A stretch of DNA of 43,786 bases from Spirochaetales bacterium (GTDB lineage Bacteria > Spirochaetota > Spirochaetia > Treponematales > UBA12059): contig DAIPLR010000002.1 of the NCBI GenBank assembly GCA_036769135.1, forward strand, positions 4,797 to 48,582, written 5' to 3'. Under the pieces are notes generated by a model. The model had not been told where the DNA came from and made no database searches. It saw nothing but the letters and a program-made list of their open reading frames with translations. Shown piece after piece: positions 28,153 to 36,855 of this stretch. A program made the position numbers and the translations under genes. Within the stretch, counting starts at the first letter, position 1, and the number at the start of each line of letters is the position of its first letter.

Positions 28153-29358
28153 ATGTATAAAGTTTTATTTATTGATAGAAAAACTAAGCAAATCGACGCG
28201 CTCCGCGATCTCTTAGCTCCCGAGTTCCAGCTACTGGCGAGCGCCGATTTCGACGAAGGGCTCGAGCGACTGAAGGCGCAGGGCGTCGATTGCGTCGTCG
28301 TCGACCTGGATTCCATCGACCCCGCCTGGGGCGTCAGGCCCCTGGCGAGGCTCGGCAGGCTCTCCCCGGGCAGCGCCGTCATCGTCACGCAAGCCAAGCT
28401 CGAGCCGCGGGCGGTCCTGCCGTGGCTGGAGGCGGGCGTCGCGAGCTTCTACGCCCAGCCGTACGAGGCCGATAGGCTCGCCGACGCGCTGCGCTACGGC
28501 CTAGCCGTCCGGCTCTCGGGCGGCCGTATGCGGCCCTTCCCTATCCGTTCGCCGTCGCCCCCGTGGGCTCGGCCCGGGAACGAGGCCGGCGGCGACGAGC
28601 TCCCGCCCATGATCGGCCTGAGCGAGCCGATGCGCAAGGTCCGGGTGACGCTCGCCTGCTACGCGGCCGCCGACGAATGCGTCCTGATCCGCGGCGAGAC
28701 GGGAACCGGCAAGGACCTGGCCGCCTACGAGATCCATCGCGCGTCGAACCGTCGCGAAGGCCCGTTCCGATCCATTAATTGCGCCGCTATCGCCGAAACC
28801 CTCGCCGACAGCGAGCTCTTCGGCACGACGAAGGGCGCCTTTACCGGCGCCGTCGACAAGCCGGGGCTCTTCGAGGCGGCGCGGGGCGGGACCCTCTTCC
28901 TCGACGAGGTCGGCGAGCTGTCCCTCCCTATCCAAGCTAAGCTCCTGCGGGCCATCGAGAATAAGGAGGGCGTCCGCGTAGGGAGCATGAAGACGATACG
29001 CTACGACGTCCGCCTGATCTGCGCCACCAACGCTCCCCTTACGCCGCCGGGCTTCAGGCAGGACCTGTTCCATAGGATCAGCGTGCTTCCCATAGCCATG
29101 CCCCCGCTTCGCGCACGCGACGGCGACGTGGAGCTCTTGGCGCGCGAATTCCTACGCCAGGAGGCGCCGGGAGCCCGCCTATCCGCGGAGGCCGTCGAGG
29201 AGCTCAAGGCGCGCGCCTGGTACGGCAACGTCCGCGAGCTCAAGAACTGCATCAAGCGCGCGGCGATCTTGAGCTTCGGCGCGACGGCCATAGGGCGGGA
29301 CGAGCTCCGGGACTGCCTGGACGCGGCCGACGGAGCGGGCCAGAAATACCTGGGCTAA
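28153..29358 (+). CDS. sigma-54-dependent transcriptional activator (NtrC family) with atypical N-terminal receiver-like domain
   Basis: The AAA+ sigma54-interaction domain has GETGTGKDL, the GAFTGA motif and ESELFGT. The N-terminal ~120 aa are receiver-like (VVVDLD), and the C-terminal HTH is weak. A low-GC leader and start precede it. Confidence 0.8.
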   Translation: MYKVLFIDRKTKQIDALRDLLAPEFQLLASADFDEGLERLKAQGVDCVVVDLDSIDPAWGVRPLARLGRLSPGSAVIVTQAKLEPRAVLPWLEAGVASFYAQPYEADRLADALRYGLAVRLSGGRMRPFPIRSPSPPWARPGNEAGGDELPPMIGLSEPMRKVRVTLACYAAADECVLIRGETGTGKDLAAYEIHRASNRREGPFRSINCAAIAETLADSELFGTTKGAFTGAVDKPGLFEAARGGTLFLDEVGELSLPIQAKLLRAIENKEGVRVGSMKTIRYDVRLICATNAPLTPPGFRQDLFHRISVLPIAMPPLRARDGDVELLAREFLRQEAPGARLSAEAVEELKARAWYGNVRELKNCIKRAAILSFGATAIGRDELRDCLDAADGAGQKYLG

Positions 29359-29816
29359 CGGATTATTTGGATAGAGATCGCCCTGAGGAGCACGGCCGGC
29401 TCGCCGTCCGGGCCGGAGCCGACCATGGGCCGGTCGGCCACGACGACCGCCCGTACGCCGTCGGCCACGCCGTCGAGCGCCCTGAACGCCTCTCCGTCGG
29501 CGACCAGGAGGAGCTTGAACAGCTCGATGCGCGAGGTTCCGACCCAACGCCCCTGGCTCAACTCGATGACGGAGCGCGGCGGGTCGTCGGAGACGACGAG
29601 CGGGCGCGAGAGGCTGCCGACGAGCAGGAAGGCCCGGCCGCGGGCGAAGGCGTCCAGGCTCGCCTGGCTTTGCCCGGCGAATCGGGCCAGCTCGATGATC
29701 GATTGATCCAAGGCGACGGTGCCGGCGTAGCTTTCCGCCCCCACGGCCCGGTCTTGGGCGAAGGCCGCGAACGCGGCCATGACGAGAACCAAGCTGGCGA
29801 GCGTCGTACGGCGCAT
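29355..29816 (-). CDS. secreted hypothetical protein (signal peptide MRRTTLASLVLVMAAFAAFA)
   Basis: I chose the internal start at 29816 with SD GGGAGGA. It has a signal peptide and no recognisable domain. Confidence 0.45.
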   Translation of the reverse strand: MRRTTLASLVLVMAAFAAFAQDRAVGAESYAGTVALDQSIIELARFAGQSQASLDAFARGRAFLLVGSLSRPLVVSDDPPRSVIELSQGRWVGTSRIELFKLLLVADGEAFRALDGVADGVRAVVVADRPMVGSGPDGEPAVLLRAISIQIIR

Positions 29817-29947
29817 GAATCCTCCCTCGCGGAGCGGCTTCGCGAGCCGCTTGCAGAAACGGGCCCGGCTTCGTAGCGGCCCCGCCATGAAAGCCTAGCT
29901 CCTGAATCGCCCGGGGTCAAGCGCCGTCGGCGAAGCGCCGTCGGCGA

Positions 29948-30700
29948 TCAGCCTCGATCGCCCCCGCGGTTCGAGGCGTCGCGGCTCAAGGCGGTGAATT
30001 TCGTGAAGATGCCCTCGAAGCGCGTAAGCTCCGCCGGGCTCAAGGCCGCGCGGGCGGCGACGCCGGCTATGAAGCGTTCCTGGTCCTCGCGGCCGGCGAT
30101 CTTGTAGAAGCCGGCATCCTGGAGGGCGTCGGCTATCCGCCGAGCCGCCCCTTCGGCCTCATCGCGCCCGGCCGGCCGAGCCGCCGCCGCGGAGCTTCCG
30201 ACCCCGCCGTTCGCGGGGGCGCCGGCCAGCCAAGTCCGCCTGAGCTCCCAAAAGCACAGTTGGACCGCGTGGGAGAGGTTGAGCGAGGGGAAGAGCTCCG
30301 AGCTCGGGATATGCGCCGCCAGGTCGCAGAGGGCCAGTTCGTCGTCGGAGAGTCCGTCCCGCTCGTTGCCGAATACGAGGCCGATCCGTCCCGGGCGGGC
30401 GGCGGCCTCCTCGGCGAAGCGCCGTATATCGACGCTTTCCTTGCGACGCCTGCCTAGGCGTCGGCTTAGGCCCGCGGCGAGGCTTAGATCCGCGAGCGCG
30501 TCCTTAAGCGAGTCGAAACGCCCCGCCCGCTCGTAGAGCGAGAAGGCCCCGAGGGCGTAGGTCTTGACCGTATCCGGGTCGAAGCCGGGGCAGGCGGCTA
30601 GGCGTAGCTCGGTCACGCCCATGCTTAAGAGGGCGCGGCACGAAGCCCCGACGTTCACGGCCCCCTCGGCGCGGCAGAGGACGGCGACATAGTTATCCAT
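29948..30700 (-). CDS. SpoU/TrmH-family RNA 2'-O-methyltransferase
   Basis: Motifs GLVFGNERDGLS and CDLAAHIPSSELFPSLNLSHAV (SPOUT knot) are present. I chose the start at MDNYVAV and rejected the Arg-rich N-terminal extension of the track ORF. Confidence 0.7.
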   Translation of the reverse strand: MDNYVAVLCRAEGAVNVGASCRALLSMGVTELRLAACPGFDPDTVKTYALGAFSLYERAGRFDSLKDALADLSLAAGLSRRLGRRRKESVDIRRFAEEAAARPGRIGLVFGNERDGLSDDELALCDLAAHIPSSELFPSLNLSHAVQLCFWELRRTWLAGAPANGGVGSSAAAARPAGRDEAEGAARRIADALQDAGFYKIAGREDQERFIAGVAARAALSPAELTRFEGIFTKFTALSRDASNRGGDRG

Positions 30701-30719
30701 GGGCTGTATACTAACCCGC

Positions 30720-31478
30720 ATGAGTTCGCGAAATACAGCCGTCGGCCTAGCGGGCCTGCGTTGCCTGGTCGTAGGCGCTAGCGGCGGCATCGGCCTCGCT
30801 TTAAGCCTGGAGCTGGCGCGCGGCGGCGCGTCGCTGACCCTGCACGGCCGCGACGCGACCCGTTTAGGGGCGGCGGCGGAGGCCGTGCGCCGCGCCTCGC
30901 CCGACGGGGCCGTCACGGGTGTACTCGTCGGCCCGGTCGAGCCGCGCGGCGAGCTCCTCCCCGGGCCCTTGCTCGCCGCTGCGCGCGAATGCGACGCGCT
31001 GGCGCTTTGCTACGGCCCGTTTATCCATGCGTCGATAGCCGAGACGGCCCCCGCCGACTGGGCGCTCATGGCGGCCGCCAATCTGGCCTTCCCCGCCGCC
31101 TTGGCGGCGGAGGCGGCCAAGGCGATGGCCGACCGGGGTTTCGGGCGCATACTCCTCTTCGGCGGCACGAGGACTGACGCCATCCGGGCGTATCGGCGGA
31201 ACGCCGCGTACGCGGCCGCTAAGACAGGCTTGGCCGTGGCCGCTAAGTCGCTAGCGGCCGAGTTCGCCCCGCGCGGCGTCTCATGCGCGCTCGTTTGCCC
31301 AGGCTACGTCGATACCGAGTACCTTGACGCCGCGTTCAGGGCCAGTATGGAGCGCGGCTCGCCGCGCGGACGCTTAATCGCGGCTTCCCGCGTGGCCGAG
31401 TTCGCGGCTCGGCTTCTTGCGGGCGGCATGGATCTAGCGAACGGAGCGGTGATCAATCTTGATGAAGGTTTGGTATAG
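30720..31478 (+). CDS. short-chain dehydrogenase/reductase (SDR)
   Basis: It has the Rossmann motif VVGASGGIG and YAAAK (YxxxK). It is divergent from the TrmH-like gene. Confidence 0.7.
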   Translation: MSSRNTAVGLAGLRCLVVGASGGIGLALSLELARGGASLTLHGRDATRLGAAAEAVRRASPDGAVTGVLVGPVEPRGELLPGPLLAAARECDALALCYGPFIHASIAETAPADWALMAAANLAFPAALAAEAAKAMADRGFGRILLFGGTRTDAIRAYRRNAAYAAAKTGLAVAAKSLAAEFAPRGVSCALVCPGYVDTEYLDAAFRASMERGSPRGRLIAASRVAEFAARLLAGGMDLANGAVINLDEGLV

Positions 31479-31551
31479 AGTGAATAGCTCATACAATCGT
31501 TGAATGGGCTGGATTTTTCGACTTTCATAGCCGAAAATATTGTCGATAGTT

Positions 31552-31680
31552 TAGCCAATTTCAAAAGTCGGTTACTTTTGAAATTGGCTTTGCGATTGCT
31601 TGCGTTTGCGTTGCAAACGCTGCGCCCAATCGCAGTTTTCTAAGGTAGCTCTTTCAAAACTCGCTGAGTTTTGAAAGAGC
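31552..31680. repeat. 129-bp structured intergenic repeat, copy 1 (three perfect hairpins; AT-rich relative to genome)
   Basis: It is 100% identical to 37322..37450. Hairpin 1 is 31554-31588 (15-bp stem GCCAATTTCAAAAGT/ACTTTTGAAATTGGC). Hairpin 2 is 31592-31633 (GCGATTG...[GCGTTTGC gtt GCAAACGC]...CAATCGC). Hairpin 3 is 31648-31680 (GCTCTTTCAAAACTC gct GAGTTTTGAAAGAGC). Confidence 0.95.
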
Positions 31681-31726
31681 TTCAGTTGAATTAAAGCTCG
31701 ATTGAGGCATTATTAAGCCGGCTTGT

Positions 31727-31755
31727 TTGACAGGCCATTGACGGCGAATTATTAT
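31727..31755 (+). promoter_or_regulatory. sigma70-type promoter (-35 TTGACA, 17-bp spacer, -10 TATTAT) upstream of the STAS-YbjN-PspA cluster
   Basis: The -35 is an exact consensus hexamer with ideal spacing. It lies 57 bp upstream of ATG 31812, and an SD GGAAGAGGAG follows. Confidence 0.5.
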
Positions 31756-31811
31756 GTTCATACAATCGGGCGATATAAACGATCTATGTTGTACCTTGGA
31801 AGAGGAGTATC

Positions 31812-32363
31812 ATGACCAACAACGATATCGTTCCTGGTTTCGATGATGAGAAGGACGATAGCCTTAAGATCAGGCTCCAGAAAATCGACACCGTCGAGAA
31901 CTGCTTAGCCCTCTTCCTCACCGGCTATATCGATACCTACAACTCCAACTTTTTCCAAAAACGGGTCGGCAAGGCCATAGACGCTGGTTTTTCTAAGTTA
32001 GTATTTAACTGCGGCGGCTTGAATTACGTGTCTTCGACCGGCATAGGTTCGTTTACCGCCTTTTTAAAGGCCGTGAAGCCCCGTAACGGCGATATCGTCC
32101 TTCTAGAGATTCAGCCCAAGGTTTACGAGGTCTTCCAGCTCCTGGGCTTCTCCCAGTTCTTCAATATCAAAGATAATCTCGATGAGGCGGTCTCCTACTT
32201 CCAGCAAGGCTCTCAGCAGAGCACGCAAACCATCTTCCCCAAAATATTCTCTTGCCCCATATGCAATAAGAAGCTTCGGGCCGCCCGTCCGGGCCGCTTC
32301 CGCTGTTCTGAATGCAAGACCATCTTGGCCATCGACAACTCCGGGCAGGTCTTCCTCGGTTAA
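31812..32363 (+). CDS. STAS-domain protein (anti-sigma-factor antagonist-like) fused to C-terminal C4 zinc ribbon; low-GC gene
   Basis: The STAS core LVFNCGGLNYVSSTGIGSFTAF...IVLLEIQPKVYEVFQLLGF is present. The C-terminus has CPICNKK...CSECK. Its GC is ~50% against ~70% surroundings, with A/T-ending codons. Confidence 0.7.
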   Translation: MTNNDIVPGFDDEKDDSLKIRLQKIDTVENCLALFLTGYIDTYNSNFFQKRVGKAIDAGFSKLVFNCGGLNYVSSTGIGSFTAFLKAVKPRNGDIVLLEIQPKVYEVFQLLGFSQFFNIKDNLDEAVSYFQQGSQQSTQTIFPKIFSCPICNKKLRAARPGRFRCSECKTILAIDNSGQVFLG

Positions 32364-32416
32364 TCGGCCTCGCTCGCCGGAAGCTCGTCGTATGGCAGAA
32401 TAGAAGGAGATAGCCG

Positions 32417-32800
32417 ATGCAGGGACTCAGCAAGGTCGAGGCCTACCTCATGGAACTGGATATATCGTACCAAGAGGTCGCCCCCGGGACCTTCTTCATC
32501 GAGGACGAGACCCGCGGGCTCCCCGGCGTCGCCGTGACCATAGACGAGCCGGTCGTCTTCATCCGCACCAAGGTGATGGCCCTGCCTAAGGCCAAATACT
32601 GCGAGCTCTTCGAGAGCCTCCTGAGGCTCAACGCGACCGATATACTCCACGGCGCCTACGGCATCGACGGGGACGACGTCGTGCTCGTCGATACCTTGGA
32701 GTACGACAATATGGATAAGAACGAGTTCGAGGCGGCCCTCGACTCGATTGGCATGGCCCTCTCCAAGCACTACGCGGTGCTCGGGGCATACCGCGACTAA
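32417..32800 (+). CDS. YbjN-domain protein (putative sensory transduction regulator / chaperone-like)
   Basis: It is 127 aa and acidic, with a YbjN-like pattern. The family is typically found next to pspA. Confidence 0.6.
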   Translation: MQGLSKVEAYLMELDISYQEVAPGTFFIEDETRGLPGVAVTIDEPVVFIRTKVMALPKAKYCELFESLLRLNATDILHGAYGIDGDDVVLVDTLEYDNMDKNEFEAALDSIGMALSKHYAVLGAYRD

Positions 32801-32817
32801 GGATTAGGAGGCTCGCC

Positions 32818-33516
32818 GTGGGCATATTCGACCGCTTTAAGACCGTCATATCATCGAACATCAACGATATGATCTCCAAGGCTGAGAATCCCGAGAAGAT
32901 GCTCAACCAGTTGATCATCGACATGAACCAGCAGATGGTCGAGTCCAAGAAGGCCGTGGCCATGGCCATAGCCGACGAGAAGAAGATCGAGCGCGAGCTC
33001 CTCGAGCAGAAGCGCCAAGCCGAGGAATGGGAACGCAAGGCCGTCATCGCCGTCAAGGCGGGCCGCGACGACCTGGCGAAGGAAGCTTTGCTGCGCAAGC
33101 AGGAGGCGGAGAACTACTACCTGCAGCTCAAGCCCCAGTGGGAGAGCCAGAAGGCGGCCGTCGAGAAGCTCAAGGAGACGCTCAGGCAGCTCCAGAACAA
33201 GATCGACGAGGCGACCCGGAAGAAGAATATCCTCATCGCCCGCGCTAAGCGCGCCGAGGCCCAGCAGAAGATTCAGAAAACCCTGACCAGCATGTCGGGC
33301 AATACCAGCGCCTTCGAGACCTTCGACCGCATGGCCAAGAAGGTGGACGAGATGGAGGCCCGCGCCGAGGCGCACGCCGAGCTCGCCGACCTGTCCCAAT
33401 CTTCCTCGCTCGAGAAGGAGTTCTCTAAGCTGGAGAGCTCCGGCGCCGGCGCGGATCTCCTCCTGGAGGAGCTCAAGCAGAAGATGCTCGGCGAGGGCGG
33501 GACCAGCCAAGGCTAA
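32818..33516 (+). CDS. pspA: phage shock protein A / IM30 / Vipp1 family
   Basis: The N-terminus MGIFDRFKTVISSNINDMISKAENPEKMLNQLIIDMNQ is canonical. It has long coiled-coil heptads and is 232 aa. Confidence 0.9.
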   Translation: MGIFDRFKTVISSNINDMISKAENPEKMLNQLIIDMNQQMVESKKAVAMAIADEKKIERELLEQKRQAEEWERKAVIAVKAGRDDLAKEALLRKQEAENYYLQLKPQWESQKAAVEKLKETLRQLQNKIDEATRKKNILIARAKRAEAQQKIQKTLTSMSGNTSAFETFDRMAKKVDEMEARAEAHAELADLSQSSSLEKEFSKLESSGAGADLLLEELKQKMLGEGGTSQG

Positions 33517-33519
33517 TCC

Positions 33520-34191
33520 GTGCGCGCGCTGTTCGTCGGCGACGAAGGACGGTACCGCGCATTGTTCGAGGGGAGCGACCCGCTACCGGGTTGCTCCCTA
33601 TTTTTTCGCGCCGCGCTCGGCGCTCCCGACCGGGAGGCCGACCGGGAGACCGACTGCCTGATCATGCCGGCGGAGGCCTTCCTGTCGGCCGGCTTCGATC
33701 TCGAGCGGCCGCCGGTCATAGGCTACGGAGAGGGGAGCCTCCTGCCGCTCTGCCTCGGCGCGGGCGCCTTCGACTATCTTCGTGAGCCCTGGGGCCTGCC
33801 GGAGCTGGAGGCGCGGGTCCGTAGGCTCCGCGGTCGAGGCTTCGCGCTCGCCGGCGCCCGTTGCGAGCTGCGGCCCCATGAGCTGCTCGGCCCCCTGAGG
33901 GGCGTGCCTCTCTCGCCGCAGGCTTATGAGGCGCTGAGGCTGCTCGTCGATCATGCTCCCCGCGCGCTCTCGGCCGAAACCCTGCATCGAGTTCTCGGCA
34001 CGAAAGCGCCGAGCGCCTTGCCTATGGCCGTGTCGCGCCTTCGAAAAGCCATCGGGATGGCCGCCGGGAGCGAGGCGGCGAGGCGACTACGCGGAACGCG
34101 GGCCGATGCGATGCGCCTACGCGCGGATACCGAAGGCCGCTGCGCGAGCGAACGGGCCTATGCGTCATACTACCTGGCCTTGGATGCCTAA
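33520..34191 (+). CDS. atypical OmpR/PhoB-like winged-helix protein with degenerate/truncated receiver-like N-terminus (GTG start)
   Basis: The C-terminal region LSPQAYEALRLLVDHAPRALSAETLHRVLG...AVSRLRKAIG resembles trans_reg_C (LTPxEFxLLxxL...RxxLxxxVWG...RLRKKL). The N-terminus lacks the canonical acid pocket. It starts 4 nt after pspA. Confidence 0.45.
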   Translation: MRALFVGDEGRYRALFEGSDPLPGCSLFFRAALGAPDREADRETDCLIMPAEAFLSAGFDLERPPVIGYGEGSLLPLCLGAGAFDYLREPWGLPELEARVRRLRGRGFALAGARCELRPHELLGPLRGVPLSPQAYEALRLLVDHAPRALSAETLHRVLGTKAPSALPMAVSRLRKAIGMAAGSEAARRLRGTRADAMRLRADTEGRCASERAYASYYLALDA

Positions 34192-34208
34192 AGGCTGCGT
34201 TCCTATGC

Positions 34209-34440
34209 CTGTGGATAAGTGGTTGATAGCTTTGAAGTGTTAAGTAAATCTCGTCTATAGACATGTAGAATCTCGATGGGCAAACGATGATATTTGAGTT
34301 TTTTGTCGCAGTTGCATGTAATTGTATGTATAGAAAGAGAATAAAATCAGGTAACTATGTAAATAAATACCGCGGCCCGTGTTCGCGCCCAACATGATTA
34401 TTTTTATTATTCTTCCGGTATGTGCGTTACTTGTGGATAA
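34209..34440. promoter_or_regulatory. AT-rich 320-bp intergenic region containing two perfect DnaA-box 9-mers (TGTGGATAA = reverse complement of TTATCCACA) at 34209-34217 and 34432-34440, each within an 11-mer TGTGGATAAGT
   Basis: The 9-mers were read directly and are in the same orientation 223 bp apart. The surrounding sequence is <40% GC in a 70% GC genome. Confidence 0.5.
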
Positions 34441-34480
34441 GTTGTGAGGCGCCTTCTGTATAACTGCCTTTGGGCTTTGC

Positions 34481-34509
34481 TTGTCAACGAGTTAGAGCCA
34501 TGCTAGAGT
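34481..34509 (+). promoter_or_regulatory. sigma70-like promoter (-35 TTGTCA, 17 bp, -10 TAGAGT) placing the TSS within ~2 nt of ATG 34518 (leaderless candidate)
   Basis: The hexamers and spacing were read directly. No SD lies before ATG 34518. Confidence 0.35.
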
Positions 34510-34517
34510 TTGACGTC

Positions 34518-35207
34518 ATGAAACGCGTCGCGGCCCTCATTGGGAAAGCCATCGGCCTCTATCTAGCCGCGTCGCTCGCGCTCGCCGTTTACGTCGGCCT
34601 GCGCGCCTACCTCGACGCCTGGCCTATGCCCTTGGCATTAGCGGCCCTCAAGGCCGGCTATACCCTGCCGCTCCTAGCCTGGACCCCGACCGCGCTCGTG
34701 TTGTACTACTCCATGAACAGGGTCATGCGGAATCGACCGCTCGGCTACCTTCTTCTCCTGGTCTGCGGGGCTTTTTTGATAGCTTGGCCGCTGGCGTTAG
34801 CGCGCTTCGGGCTCCTCAGCCTGGATACCGAGGCGACGGAGGCCTTCAGGGGAGCGGGGCGCTCGCTATCGGCCTGGTACATAAGCCTGACGGAACTCGC
34901 GCCGGCCCAGGCCGCGCTCGCCGTCGTCGGCGTCGCGTGGCTCTTGGCCTCGGCCTGGGGGCTTACGCGCCTGGTCGGCTCAAGGCCCCTGGTGGGGGCC
35001 TTCATAGCGCCGGGCGCGGTATTCGGCTTGTGGCGTCTCGCCGAGGCCTACGCCGGCGGCGCCCTCTCGCCGGCGTTCTCCTTCGTCGGCTTGAACATAA
35101 CGCCTGCCATGCAGGCCGCGGCGCTCTGCGGCCTGACGGGCTTGGGGTTCATCGGGTTGGATTTCCTGGTCGCCGCGAAGCCGGGCGCCGAGGCCGGCCG
35201 TGGCTAA
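34518..35207 (+). CDS. polytopic membrane protein (hypothetical)
   Basis: It has 6-7 predicted TM helices. I chose the start at MKRVAAL (ATG 34518) because the track's upstream start is TTG and overlaps the promoter. ATG 34500 is an alternative. Confidence 0.5.
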   Translation: MKRVAALIGKAIGLYLAASLALAVYVGLRAYLDAWPMPLALAALKAGYTLPLLAWTPTALVLYYSMNRVMRNRPLGYLLLLVCGAFLIAWPLALARFGLLSLDTEATEAFRGAGRSLSAWYISLTELAPAQAALAVVGVAWLLASAWGLTRLVGSRPLVGAFIAPGAVFGLWRLAEAYAGGALSPAFSFVGLNITPAMQAAALCGLTGLGFIGLDFLVAAKPGAEAGRG

Positions 35208-36855
35208 GCGCGGCTCGCTCTTCATCGCCTACGCCTTAGGGATCATGGCCGCGGCCTACGCGGCGGCTTTCTTCTGGCGGCTCTTGAACGTCGGCCGCGC
35301 CGACCTGCTCTTTATCTTCGCCCTGCGTTGGGAGCTCATGGGCGCCGCGCTCACCTTCGCGGCCTGGGCCCCGGCCCTGCTCCTCGTGGCGGCCGCGCTC
35401 GCGGCCGAATCCGCCGAGGGGCCGCCCGACTTCCACGCCACGGCATACGCGGTGCTCCTGCCCGGCTTCTTCTTCGCCGCGGCGCTCTCGATCCTCTTCC
35501 TCGTGGTACAGCCCTACGCCGAGGGACGCGTCGCCTTCTATGAGCGGGCGAGCGCGGAGTTCGGCGCGCGCCTGGGCGCCGCGCGCGAGCGCTACGCCCG
35601 CGGCGACTACCGGGCGGCCGAGCTCTTCGCCCGCGACGCCCGGGCCATAGACCGGGACCATCCCGAGCTTGAGAAAGTCTACGGGCTCATCCAAGAAGCC
35701 CTCCTACGGCAGGCCGACGAGGAGGCCGAGCGCGCGGCCCGCGCCCGCCCCGAGGATCCGCCCGCGCCGAACTGGCTCGTGGCCAACCGTTTCTACCTCG
35801 AGGCGCAGGCGGCGATGCGCGACGGGCGCTATTTCGACGCCCACTACCTGGCGCGGCGCTCGCTGGCGGTTTACGGAGGTCGGCGTGAGGTCCTTAGGCT
35901 CATAGACGAGAGCTGGGCGGCAATGCGCAGCCTCGAGCCGTCGGCCGAGCAAAGGGCCGACGCCGATTACTATAAGCGCAAGCTCGAGGCCTACGAGTAT
36001 TTCGCGCGCGACGACGCGCTCGAGGCCTTCAGGCGCTTCTCCGCCCTGGCGGCCGAGCGCCCCGACGATAAGGACGCGGCTGATTTCCTCGCCTTGAGCG
36101 CCCAGAGCCTCGAGCGCCGCGGTTTCTTCCTGGAGGAGAGCGAGCTGGCCTTCGGCTCGGGCGGCGGCCGCCCTCTGTCGCTTTCGATCGCGGGCGCCGA
36201 GCTCCGCGCCGAGGCGGCGGCGGAGTCGGCCTCCGGGGTCTACCTGCGCGGCGTCGCCTTCGACGACGGCGGGCGGAGCTACCGGGCCGAGCATGCGCGG
36301 CTGAACGGCGACGTACTGCAGCTGCTCGCGGTGAGCCGGCGCGACCCGTCGCTGACATGGCGGGCGCGGGCGGCCGACGGCGGCGCGCCGCCGAGTTACC
36401 TCGAGCTAGGGGGGGCCGAGGCCGCGGCGCGCCGTTACCTGGAGCTCTCCGCGCCGCCGCACGAGCTGACCCTCCTCACGCTGATAAATGGCATGGACGA
36501 CGCGCGCGAGCTCGGCGTGGACGGCGCGGGGCTGTACGCCGACCTGGCTCGCCGCCTCTCCTATCCCTTCGTCTGCGTCATCTTAATACTCATGGGCGCG
36601 GGTCTGGGGCTGCGCTTCAGGCCCCGCTCGCGTCCGAGCGCGGTCTCGTCGATATTCTGGGCCCCGGTCATGGCCGCCTTGGTCCAGCCCGTCTTCGGCC
36701 TCGCCGAGGAGCTGTCTAAGACGCCCTTGGACCTGCTGTCGCGAGCGCTGCCCGGCGGTACCTTCATAGCCGCTTGGCTAGCCTTCCTCGGCGCGGCCGT
36801 CGCCTGCTCGCTCTTCGTCGCGGAGCGCATCGCGCGCCATGCGCCGCGCTCTTGA
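35200..36855 (+). CDS. large membrane protein: N-terminal TM bundle, ~370-aa Ala/Arg/Glu-rich helical (TPR-like) soluble domain, C-terminal TM bundle
   Basis: The hydropathy pattern was read from the translation. It overlaps its neighbours by 8 and 17 nt, suggesting coupling. I recognise no family. Confidence 0.5.
   Translation: MAKRGSLFIAYALGIMAAAYAAAFFWRLLNVGRADLLFIFALRWELMGAALTFAAWAPALLLVAAALAAESAEGPPDFHATAYAVLLPGFFFAAALSILFLVVQPYAEGRVAFYERASAEFGARLGAARERYARGDYRAAELFARDARAIDRDHPELEKVYGLIQEALLRQADEEAERAARARPEDPPAPNWLVANRFYLEAQAAMRDGRYFDAHYLARRSLAVYGGRREVLRLIDESWAAMRSLEPSAEQRADADYYKRKLEAYEYFARDDALEAFRRFSALAAERPDDKDAADFLALSAQSLERRGFFLEESELAFGSGGGRPLSLSIAGAELRAEAAAESASGVYLRGVAFDDGGRSYRAEHARLNGDVLQLLAVSRRDPSLTWRARAADGGAPPSYLELGGAEAAARRYLELSAPPHELTLLTLINGMDDARELGVDGAGLYADLARRLSYPFVCVILILMGAGLGLRFRPRSRPSAVSSIFWAPVMAALVQPVFGLAEELSKTPLDLLSRALPGGTFIAAWLAFLGAAVACSLFVAERIARHAPRS

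Noticed and set aside
29817-30916. N-terminal extensions of track ORFs 29355..29888 and 29948..30916, and of pyrC 39979..41175.
   Set aside because: The extensions are Arg/Ser/Ala-rich and lack homology. Internal Met codons give proper signal-peptide or family N-termini: MRRTTLASL, MDNYVAVL and MAGDSAAGAFLELRRPDDFHVH respectively.
31486-31769. 11-bp direct repeat TCATACAATCG flanking copy 1 of the 129-bp element plus the STAS promoter, considered as a possible target-site duplication.
   Set aside because: By chance, exact 11-mers within 300 bp of each other are expected a few times in a 44-kb window, and more often in locally AT-rich DNA. There are no terminal inverted repeats, and copy 2 has no comparable flanks.
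34192-34517. Calling the AT-rich DnaA-box region the chromosomal oriC.
   Set aside because: It was not rejected as an observation. It was rejected as a firm call, because there is no dnaA/dnaN, no gidA/parAB context, and only two boxes. It is kept as a finding with an explicit test.
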